Below, piece after piece: positions 14,017 through 24,907 of a stretch of 64,000 bases of DNA. Every line of letters starts with the position of its first letter. Position 1 is the stretch's first letter. The position numbers were made by a program, and so were the translations under genes. This DNA is from Sphagnum compactum (lineage: Eukaryota), in the NCBI GenBank assembly GCA_965153455.1, contig OZ234493.1, positions 26,836,213-26,900,212 of the forward strand. The letters are read 5' to 3'. The notes under the pieces are model-generated. The model was not told the DNA's origin and ran no database searches. It was given only the letters and a program-made list of their open reading frames with translations.

Positions 14017-14369
14017 ACTTGTTGTGATAATATGTTACATTACATTTTATTTATCAAATACTTCATTTTAAACATTACAAAAACATAAACTCTGAAAATT
14101 CATATCTTATTGAGATTTTGTTCAAATGGACTGATTCGAGTTTACTTTTTAAAAAAATTCAATAATGTACATAATTACATTTATTTCCTTTTGAAACGGT
14201 AAAATCATTTGAACCAAAAAAAATTTGAATATCATTATTAAATAACATTTCAATGACCATTCTTTTGAAAAAAAAAAGTTTAATAAATGGATAAGATTTT
14301 TGCTAATATAATAATAATAATTTATCATTAAGCTACTTTCAATTATTATATGGTTATTTTTCATTAATT

Positions 14370-16900
14370 TAAATTATTTCACCTTAAGCTACTTTTGGTT
14401 ATTTTAAATTATTTTTGGTTATTTTAGCTTTTCACTTTAGGTTATTTTCAACTATTATAAGTTATTTTTGGCTATTCAATGTTATTTTTGGTTATTGTAA
14501 ATTATTTCACTTTAAGCTACCTATAGTTATTATAAATTATTTTTGGCTATTATAAGTTATTTCATCTTAGGCTGTTTTCAATTATGTGAAGCTATTATTG
14601 GTTATTTTTGGCTATTGAAGGTCATTTCACCATATGTTATTATTCGCAATTCTAGGTTATTGTAGGCTATTTCACCTTAAGTTATTTTTGTCTATTATAA
14701 ATTATTTCACCTTAAATTATTTTTAGCAATCTTAAGCAATCATAATATATGGCTATTGGTTGTTTTTTTATTGCAGCTATTAGTGGTTATTAATGGCTAT
14801 TGGTACCTATTATATTGGTGGCTATTAATGGTTATTATATTGGTGGCTATTAATGGTTATTTTATTGGTGGCTATTAGTGGTTATTAGTGGTTATTCTAT
14901 TACTGGTTCTTAGTGACTATTAGTGGTTATTCTATTAGTGGTTATTAATGGATATTCTATTAATGGCTATTAGTAGTTATTCTATTGTTGGCTATTGATG
15001 GCTATTGTATTAATGGTTATTGGTGGCTATTATATTGGTGGTTATTGATGGCTATTCTAATAATGGTTATTGGGTGGCTATTGGTGGCTATTGATGGCTA
15101 TTATATTAATGGTTATTGGTGGCTATTATATTGGTGGCTATTCTATCAGTGACTATTGATGGTTATTTTATTAATGGCTATTGATGGTTATTCTATTAAT
15201 GGCTATTGTGATTATTCTATTAATGGCTATTGGTGGTTATTCTATTCATGGCTATTGTGATTATTCTATTAATGGCTATTGGTGGTTATTCTATTCATGG
15301 CTATTGTGATTATTCTATTAATGGCTATTGGTGGTTATTCTATTCATGGCTATTGTGATTATTCTATTAATGGCTATTGGTGGTTATTCTATTCATGGCT
15401 ATTGTGATTATTCTATTAATGGCTATTGGTGGTTATTCTATTCATGGCTATTGGTGGTTATTTTATTAGTGATTATTCTATTAATGGTTATTGATGGTTA
15501 TTCTATTAATGGTTATTAGTGGTTATTCTATTAATGGCTATTGGTGGTTATTGTATTTATGGTATTGGTGGTTATTCTATTAATGGCTATTGGTGGTTAT
15601 TCTATTCATGGCTATTGGTGGTTATTTTATTAATGACTATTGGTGGTTATTTTATTAATGACTATTGGTGGTTATTCTATTATGGCTATTGATGATTATT
15701 TTATTAATGGCTATTGGTGGTTATTTTATTGATGGATATTGTGGTTATTCTATTAATGGCTATTGGTGGTTATTTTATTAATGGTTATTGGTGGTTATTC
15801 TATTAATGGCTATTGATGGTTACTTTATCAGTGGTTATTTTATTAATGGCTATTAATTATTATTTTATTAATGATTATTAATGGCTACTCTATTAATGAC
15901 TATTGGTGGTTATTTCATTAATGGTTATTAATGGCTATTTTATTAATGGTTATTGATGGCTATTTTATTAATGGTTATTGATGGATATCCTATTGGTGGA
16001 TATTGGTGCTTATTAATGGCTATTATATTAGTGGCTATTGGTGGATATTATATTAATGGCTATTGGTGGGTATTTTGTTAGTGGATATTGGTGGTTATTA
16101 GTGGTTATTGTATTAATGGCTATTGGTGGATATAGGTGGTTATTAATGACTATTATATTAGTGGCTAGTAGTGGTTATTGGTGGTTATTCTATTGGTGGA
16201 TATTGGTGGTAATTAATGGCAATTATATTAGTGGCTATTGGTGGATATTTTATTGATGGGCATTGATTGTTATTAATGTCATTATATTAGTGGTTATTGG
16301 TGGATATTTTATTGGTGGATATTGGTTATTATTAATGTCATTATATTAGTGGTTATTGTATTATAAGTTATTGTTGGTTATTTTATGTTATATTATGACT
16401 ATTGGTGATTATTATATTATAAATTATTGTTGGATATTCTATGTTATAATATTATATGCTACTGGTAGTTATTATATTATAATGTATTTATAATTATTTT
16501 TCATAGGTTATTATTTTCTATTCTAAGTTATTTTACCTTAGGTCATTATATTTTATTTTAGATTACTTTAAGTTATTATACCTAAGATAAAATAATTTAT
16601 AATAACATAAAGTAGAATGACCTTGAATAATTTAAATTATAACTTGAAATAACATATATTAACTTAAAATAAAATAACCTAAAGTATAACTTAAGGTTAG
16701 TTGAATAATTTAATTTAAAATAACTTAAAAACTTATAATACGTTAGTTAAGATACCTTAATAACGTATAATAGTTTAGGGTACAATAATTTATAATAGCC
16801 TATAATAACATAAGGTATAAGTTAGAATAACTAAAGTAACTTAAAATAATATAAGGTATATCATAAAATAACATATATATAATTTTAAAAAAACATAGAA
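14370..16900. repeat. ~2.5-kb GGYTATT-based satellite/minisatellite (core unit ~24-25 bp, TGGCTATTGGTGGTTATTCTATTAA)
   Basis: Directly visible tandem units at 14750-16400 with degenerate flanks. Five identical 49-bp dimers at 15200-15444. Confidence 0.95.
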
Positions 16901-17403
16901 ATAAACCTATGTACTACAATAAATTACAATAGTGAATTATGTTAACTAGTAATGAAACATAATGTTTACATAGTGATATTAAAGTGAAATAACTTTCACC
17001 AAGGTGAAGTCAATAAAATGTAATGAACTTATTTCACTTTTAAGGTCCCATAGTGATTTAAGCTAGTGAACTGCACCCCACTTTTGTAATAATGATGATT
17101 CAAAATTAAACAAGAATTCAAAATTTAAACCTCCAATGTCCAATGATCAATCTTTATGTTTAACACTTTGTTTATCCAAAACAATGTAATTAGCCTACCC
17201 CCTTAACATTACCCCCTTTGTGCTCTAAATTTCGACCCCAAAATCCTTGTGAAATTGTAAAAATGAAATGAAAGCACTTGCAACCTTCTAAGTCTTGGTT
17301 GTCAATTATAGTGTCTGCAGTCCCAACTTGTACAATTGTGAGCCATACCAACACAACCATGTGCGATAATTTAAATTTTTAAGAGTTACATTAGGGATAA
17401 GGG

Positions 17404-19450
17404 TGTGGTAAATCTATTAGGGGTTTTTAGCAACTTCATATTATAATAAGGAATGATGAGTGTGCATGGTTACATGGGGGGTTTTTTTTTTTGAAATTTG
17501 ATATCGAATGAATGAAGTGTAAGGTTAATTATTTTCTTCAACAAAAGTTAGTAATCATAGTTTTAGAACCTCAATTGCGTGATTAGGGGCGAGAAATCTC
17601 TAAAGGGTTAGGGTTAGAAGCAAACACCAAAATTTGTAATGTTCGACAAAACATCGGTTTTATTTTAGTATTTAGTGGGTAGTTGTGTAAACAAGGATGT
17701 TTGAGATTCGTGAAACAATTGAGAGGGTGTCAATGAAAGGTTTAATGGAGATATAATGATCTTCAAACATTCTACACGTAAGATTAATTTGAGATAACAT
17801 AACGATTAAAATAAATAGTGTGATAGGGTGGCAATGGATTTCATAGATGAATGAATATTTTATTCAAGTTATGGATAAGCTCAACGAGGAGTTATAATTA
17901 CATGTTGAGTCTTGGGTTATGCCATAGTGATAGTTCATAACTGTAAGAAATTTACGATGTGTCGAATAATGCGAACTATGTAATTCACCTTGTTATTAAG
18001 AGGTAGTCGATGAATCGAACCTCGCAACCAACGATAGTGTCCAATGCTAGGAATTGAAAACCATGTGAAAATGGAGGTGTTTTCAATTTCATAAAAACCT
18101 TCGTAAACAGTTTTAGGTTCATCATTAGAAGCGGGGTCGATTTGCAACAAAATCGCCAAGGTGTGAAAGTTCGAAAAAATGTGATAATACTAAATTCGAA
18201 GGGGTTCAACTTCAAAACGAGAGCACACTTCTCATGGTTCGGGATCTTCATAACGAAGATGTTGCATCAATGTTAAATTTAGGGATGACTTTCGACGTGA
18301 TTTTTTATTCACTTGTGCGACTTAAGGCCCGTAACACGTGGTCATGCATGACGGCATGAATTCAAGGAAAGGAAAAAATCTTTGATCAAAATCAATTCGA
18401 CGATAAATGTGTGGAAGACTTGGTATATTGAGATGCGTCGTTATAATTTATAGGTCAAGGAAAAGGAAGGAAAAACGTAAAATAATGGTATAACCATGAT
18501 AAAATAAAACCTTAAGATTAATGGAAAAAAAAAGGTTTAAATAAAATTTGTTAGGAGGAAAATGAAAAGATATGAAAATGATGTTTTTCCTTCTCCTTCC
18601 AGAGGCCATCAAACATTATAACCTTCCATTGGCCACCAAAGATTGGAACCTTTCAAAGGCCACCAAACATTAGAACCTTCCATTGGCCACCAAACATTTG
18701 AACATTTCAAAGGCCACCAAGCATTGGAACCTTCCATAGGCCACCAAGTTGGGGTCTTCTTTCACCTCCTTCCTTTTCTTTATATTTAGAAGCGCGAATT
18801 TAGATCATTTTGGGCTTTTTTTTGGGACATAATTTTTTATTTGAATATTTGAAAGCTTGTTCTTATAACTTTCCTTGGGAGGAGAAGAGTGATGAATCCT
18901 AGTAGATGGTGGAAAGAGGGAAAATAGATTGGTGATAGTAGTACCTTCAAAGGAATGGAAGTGAATAGGGGTAGTTTTGGGAGCTTGAAATCTTAAAGAA
19001 TTTTCACAAGACCTTTTGGGTTTTGTAACATAACTTCATTTTTATTTAAGTGCAGAGCTTGAAATTTGGTAAGCAAGTACGCCCTGTAGTTAACTTTCCA
19101 ATGAATTAATGCAAGCTGAATTTGGATAACGTATGTGGTAGGAACAATGTTTTGAGTGACTAAAGGTCAGTTGTCAAGTTGAGCATATTGTGAAATCCTT
19201 AGAAGTTGGTTTAGGTGAGTGATAGTTTAACATAAAATTTTAAGATTTAGAATGTTTGAATTTAGAAAATATATCCATTAATTTCAAATCATAAATGATG
19301 CATATGAAGCAAATTATTTGTTTTCAACTACAAACACAATTTAATATCTAGATATACACTTTGCATTTTTTCCTTCACCAATAGCATATGAACTTCCAAG
19401 TATAACCACTTCATAGAACCAAAAATAAAAGGACAGAAAGTCGCCTCACA
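17404..19450 (+). mobile_element. Putative 5' LTR of the decayed gypsy element (boundaries uncertain)
   Basis: TGTG...CACA ends. Internal 27-bp array followed by TATA-like TATATTTA (~18781). Followed by TGGTGTGTTTGTCG, a possible decayed PBS, upstream of gag. No second LTR in the window to confirm. Confidence 0.3.
18604..18748. repeat. 27-bp tandem repeat, about 5.4 copies
   Basis: Unit GGCCACCAAACATTAGAACCTTCCATT with exact 27-bp period. Confidence 0.95.
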
Positions 19451-20095
19451 TTGTGGTGTGTTTGTCGATAGGTGATTGGTGTTTATTCTGCATATGGTTT
19501 GAGACTAAATTTGTTAGAGACGGAGGGAACTTGGATCGAGAATCAACACCTTTATGTGCAAGTCAAAAAACCATACAATCCGAAGTAAATTTTTAGTCCT
19601 TGCATTTTGCATTTGAAATTTTTTATTGAAGAGCAAGGAAGGAGCATATTAAAGCTTACAAGTTTTTATATTAAACCCTCTCAAGTATTGTTTCGTAATT
19701 CAACTTAAAAAATCATGTTGAATGACAAGGAAGTTGTCCCAAGTTTCTTTGTGTGTTGATTGGGGATCCTTGAGTGTGTAGTAGTTGAAAATTTTCTAAA
19801 ACATGTTTTGTTGGTCGTGAGGTCAAGTTAATCACCGGTGATACCATTTGTGTTATTGGGCTTAAAATGTAGTGGGAGTGATGACCCATTCTTCCAAAGT
19901 GTGATGTCCTGTAGGTTGGCTTCCTCATCTAATAAAACCAAATCCCCTAGTTATGTTGTATGCTGATTAAACCCAACAAAACCATTAGTGTCAAAAAGTG
20001 ATATGATACTTCGTCCTAGAGTAAGGAAAAAACACCTCCAACTAGTCGTAGAAATTGTTTTAGATGTTGAAGGAAAGGGAAGGTTCTAAGATAGT

Positions 20096-21900
20096 ATGTC
20101 GGAAGGTTTAATAGCCTTAAGGTTAGGTAGAAATCACCATCCACTAGATAGGGAGCCTATAGGGGTGGCAAATGGTGTCCAAGGGGTGGCAAATGATGTC
20201 CATGGGGCAGTAGAAGGGCCTGAAGTCTATGCCAATCTGCCTAACCCTGAAATCCACCATATTGACCCAATGATGCTCCCTAAAGGTCTTCCCATTACAA
20301 TTCCTAATGGTTTGAAAGGGGTCATTATCCCTACAAATCTTCCTAAATTCATCGATTCTCCAAATGAAAATCTGGCAACTCATGTGGAAAGATTTGTAGA
20401 GGTTTTGATAATTAGTTTGGTAACCAACCATGATTATTATCTCATTTGGTTTCCTTCCACCCTGGTTGATTCTTTCTATGCCGGGTATAGATCCCATGCT
20501 GAAGGATCTTTCAACACTTGGGAACAACTCCAAGTTGCATTCTTATGCCATTATAGACCAATGATTGGCCAACAACAAACCTTAGCTACTTAGACAAACA
20601 TTAGACAAGGTTTGTAGGAAGACATCACCTCATATGTGCATCAGTTTAGAGTTATGTGTACTCGATACGTGAGAAATTTATTGAATGATGATACCATCCA
20701 TCATTACTTCATCCAAGGGTTTAGTATGCTTTCCACCATTCGAGACATCCTAAACATGAAGCCTAGGAACCTAAAAGCTATAATTTTTGCAGCTTTAGAG
20801 GTGGAAGTAATTGACAAGGAAATGATAAGATGTTTCAAAGGGTGAAGGAACCCATTTTCGCATTCATACCTCTTTACCATCGCCCTAATGAGTTTCCTCA
20901 TTATCCTACAGTGGATTACCATCATGCAACCGTTCCATAGGTCCCATTAATGCAACCCGCACCCTTGGCCATGTTGCCACCTCTAAAGCTTGTCCGAATG
21001 TCGGCTCCATCTGTGGATCGTTAGTAGGAGGAGTTTTAAATTGAAGTAAAATGATCAAATGATAATTTCAAGGATGAGATGATGAGGACCATGCGAGGGA
21101 TTAATGAACAAATGTCATGTTTGGTCAAAAATAAAACCAAAATGTTGTTCTGATGCACCATGAATTTGATGTTTATACTTCAAGCTTATGCTGCACCCAC
21201 TGCAAACAACCAAATCACACTGTTCAATTTTGCCCAAGCTTATTACAATAACAACCATTTCAATCCATGTCAGTAAACACCGAACCATATAGGCCCCCTC
21301 ACCAAGTAGGCCAAGCCGCCTCGAACCCTCCACCTAGTCATTGATTCCAACCACACATTTGTACTACTTGTGGGAACAAACATCCCCCAGGGAAATGTTG
21401 GATAGAGAATCAAATGGTGTGTTCAAACTGTGGAGGATATCATCTTACGAATCAATGCAAGAAGCCTGATAAGGTCATACCATTGAATCCTCCCCTTGGG
21501 GATTATCAAAAACAAGCTAGAGACAACATGAGAGGTGTGAGGTTCCCTGAACTTATGGCAACCAATGGTCCACCAAATCTCTTTTATGACCATCAAAACC
21601 ATCGGCAAACCCACAACCCACTAACCATTCTACAGATGAACCAAGGGGTAATTCACTTACCCCAGCTTTAGGATCAAGGTCCAAACCCCCCAGTGCAAGG
21701 TTCTCAAGATGTTAAGTTTACAGAGGTGCAACCAAATCTCGCACCCGTGCATGAGACAATACTCCTTCATTCTAACCTTGTGCAATTGGGGGAGTTTGTC
21801 AAATGCCTAAACACCTTAGAGCTGCATGCCTTGGTGGTGGTTACGCGAAGTATGGCCGTTAAAAGTCCACTAATTGAACCCAAAAAAAAACCATCTCTAT
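20096..21900 (+). mobile_element. gag: Decayed Ty3/gypsy-type gag (retrotransposon gag domain plus two zinc knuckles); pol not seen
   Basis: LPKF..SPNENLATHVERF, WFPSTL..., SFNTWEQLQVAFL, IRQG..EDITSY..QF, YFIQG; knuckles CTTCGNKHPPGKC (21360-21398) and CSNCGGYHLTNQC (21420-21458). In-frame stops. Confidence 0.85.
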
Positions 21901-22383
21901 AGATTCTTCCGAGTATTTGCCACATTCTTCTGAGTTAAATGAGACAACTAAACAATTGGCAAAAGACATGAGGAAGAATCATATGCCATCAACCCTAGTT
22001 GAGCCTAATGAAGATGATTACCAAAAATTCTTGAAAAGTGTTGCATGTTTGGAAAGGCAAAAGGATTAGTTTTAAGAACATATTTTGTGCCATAATTTTC
22101 TAAAATTGCTCATGCAAAAAATGACAACTAAACCCTCCTTTTCATTTAGGGGTTTTTTTGCTTGGGTGGCTTATCAACATCATCATGGTATGCATGGCCA
22201 ATCACATCTTTCACATCCATCGACCACTTGGCACCTGTTGTTTACACCTCAAATGGAAATGCTTCTAGTGGAGCTTAGTGCTAAATTGAATCTATTGCTA
22301 ACCAAAATTGTTGCTCATTCATTGCTTCAAAGAAGGAAATTTGAAACATCCAACACATGATTCTATGGAATCCATATGCAGAC

Positions 22384-24604
22384 CTTAGTGTTCTGAACAC
22401 ACCAACAACCACAACCGTTCAGCTGGTAGGTCTGTTGCATTGTAGTTTTGAGGTTATAGAAAAGGGGATTACCTAACATTTGCCATTTATAAAAGAAAGC
22501 TCTCGTGCAAATTTTCTCAACCCACTGTGGAATGTTTGCAAAGTGATTAAGAGCATCTCCATCGGTGCTCAGTATGTGACCCTACAAAAATATTTTTCAC
22601 ATCCAAGTTAAGTTATTTACTTTTTTCCAACCCCACCCATAAAATTAAAACTGGGACTGCAAATATGCGGCAGACTAGTAATACCAACCCACGCGGACCA
22701 ATCAAACTATCTAACCAATCAACAGCAGGTCAACAGCAGGTGTTAGGCTTTGCTGTGGCTCACACCAACCAGCCTGAGCAAACTGTGCAAAAAAGCTCGG
22801 CCAAACCGACATGTTTTGACTTTTCTTCATCCAATTTTAATTTGCAGGTTCGCATACTGACCACTGGTGGAGTTGCTCTAAGCAATAGTAGCACAATGTT
22901 GCTAGCACAACCTGCCCAAAATTATGCAGCCCCATTCTAACAAGTACAACACATTTGCAGAACCAGAGGTTTTGCACATGACGGTATCATGGTTGTGGCT
23001 CAAAATTGTATATCAGTGTGATTGCGGAGAGAAACAAGAACCTGTAATGCAACCCAAGAAATGTTGAGATAATTCCAGCCAAACCAAAACATAGATTACA
23101 ATAATGAGTGCGACTGTTATAACATTACCTTGTGGCAGCTCAATGAAATTTGATGCACACAATCCCACATGGATGTGAACTTTGAAATTAAGCATTCAGT
23201 GAGGAGCAAATGGGATGGTGACCAACCTGAAAGACTGCTGCAATGTTTATTAGAGCCAGTTCTAAAAGGGGGCAGCACTCTTGACTTGCATCCAGGTTTT
23301 GCTTTTTCAGTTCTCTGGACAGTTGTCAGCCCTGAAAACCCAGTTACGTGTACCTCAGTGATGGTAGGGTCATGTGCAACATGATGAAGTTTAAGAGTGG
23401 ATTAAGAGTTCTGGACACAGTGTTGAGAAGGTGCACTATCAAATACTATTTAGCACTTCAATCCTCCACCCCAACTGTCTGATCATGCCTGCCTCCTCTT
23501 TTAGATTGTGCATGTACAAAATCCCAGAACACATGACTTATTTGGACTCATGCCAAGAATGCCCAAGGCAGACATGAAATTGAACACCTAACCAATGTAG
23601 GAAGCATTGATACATTACTAGAATGATCTGATGCCCCAGGGCTGAAACTTGAAGTGACAGCTTTGTCAAATTGTTAACCATCACAGCCCAGTCTTGAAGT
23701 AGGGTATTCTGCTTATGAGAACCAGCTGCAAAGAAATGATTCTAATGCCTTTCATAATTATAGAACAAGCAACATAGGTAAATCAGAGATCATCAATTGC
23801 TAGATTCACATGTTTGTATCAGCCTTGAAAACTCTGAAATCTTTTTTCCAATCAAGATGATTCTCATTTTTACATGCAGTCACATTTCAGGTACATGTTT
23901 CAGGTTTAGTAATCATATTCCAAGCTCAGATAGATTCTTGGGAGAGAACATAAAATGCTAGCACTGGGTATAAACTGGAGAAGGTCTCAGTAATTCAGGT
24001 AGTATGAATTTGCCTGCAGGACTGTGTTTCAACATAAATCAGCCTGAGAGACAGATCTAACTTCTTCTGTCCTTGAGACATGAAGGCCTGAATGTAGTAA
24101 GATTTGAAAAATGTGTCAATGATAAATTTGGTGCAAAATTTATCTGCAGAATTATGCTGAACAGTACATCTCTCAGTGAAGTGACTAAAACAAACAATGA
24201 TGACCTAAAAAAACTATGAAAATTGGGAAATTTTAGGAAATTTTTGTTTTTCTGGTGTAAATTTGATTAAGTTTGCTTGTTTTGGGAGTTAAATTTGGCC
24301 AAATTTTCAATATAAAAAAAATGAAAAAAAAAACACTGATACCCATTACTGCCCCCTTGACTATACCCAGCGTGTTTTCCAGTCAATATATGACCAAAAC
24401 ATAGATGCAAAGACTCCATGGAATAAGCCAAAATCTGCTCATATAGGGCTTGGAAAACCAAATCTGCTGCTCCTCAATCCTTGTGAATTACTGTATCAGT
24501 CTTCACATGAAACCACTCATCACAAGGAAACCCCACTTGCTTGTTAGTTGTTCTATGAAGAACCCTAAATCTCAGAAGTTGATGTCAACTATACCATGTT
24601 TGCC
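22384..24604 (-). pseudogene. Multi-exon relic, tentatively a repeated PLAT/LH2-domain (LOXHD1-like) gene
   Basis: Series of YAG...GT-bounded segments: 24343-24604, ~23895-24013, 23679-23725, 23129-23226, 22473-22911 (minus MITE) and 22384-22431. Translations include WYS*HQLLRFRVLHRTTNKQVGFPCDEWF, FMFSPKNLSELGI*LLNLKH, LQDWAVM and FKVHIHVG. Stops present. Confidence 0.4.
22551..22878. mobile_element. Tourist-like (PIF/Harbinger) MITE, 328 bp
   Basis: ~36-bp imperfect TIRs GAGCATCTCCATCGGTGCTCAGTATG... / ...CATACTGACCACTGGTGGAGTTGCTC; TAA target duplication at 22548-22550 and 22879-22881. Confidence 0.92.
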
Positions 24605-24801
24605 CTGAAAACTGAAAACACAGACTGATTTTGGTGTAGATGACAGAAATGAATGTGTGTAGGGTAAAGCCCCGGGGTGGGGTCGATGCTCTCAAGGGCA
24701 TAGGCATTTCATGTCCCCAACTTGTGGGCTTTTTTTACCCATAGAAAGAGCGAGGCAAAATTATCATGAACCTAAACATGCTTACGATCACAAGTAGGAC
24801 A

Positions 24802-24907
24802 GGGAGGGTTCTTACACCTAATCCTTAAGAGTGGGAGGGATCATACACCTATATGTAGGCATATATTTCCCTCCCACTATTAAGGAGAAGGTATATTATC
24901 CCTCCTC
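24802..24907. other. ~105-nt imperfect hairpin
   Basis: Core arms CCTTAAGAGTGGGAGGGA (24823-24840) and TCCCTCCCACTATTAAGG (24868-24885) pair at 17/18; pairing extends both inward and outward. Confidence 0.8.

Noticed and set aside
15328-16256. Hydrophobic ORFs 15328..15519 and 16038..16256
   Set aside because: Translations of the GGYTATT satellite.
18604-18748. CRISPR-like appearance of regular short repeats (also 47599-47918 and 63430-63600)
   Set aside because: Units are contiguous with no unique spacers, there are no cas genes, and the context is eukaryotic.
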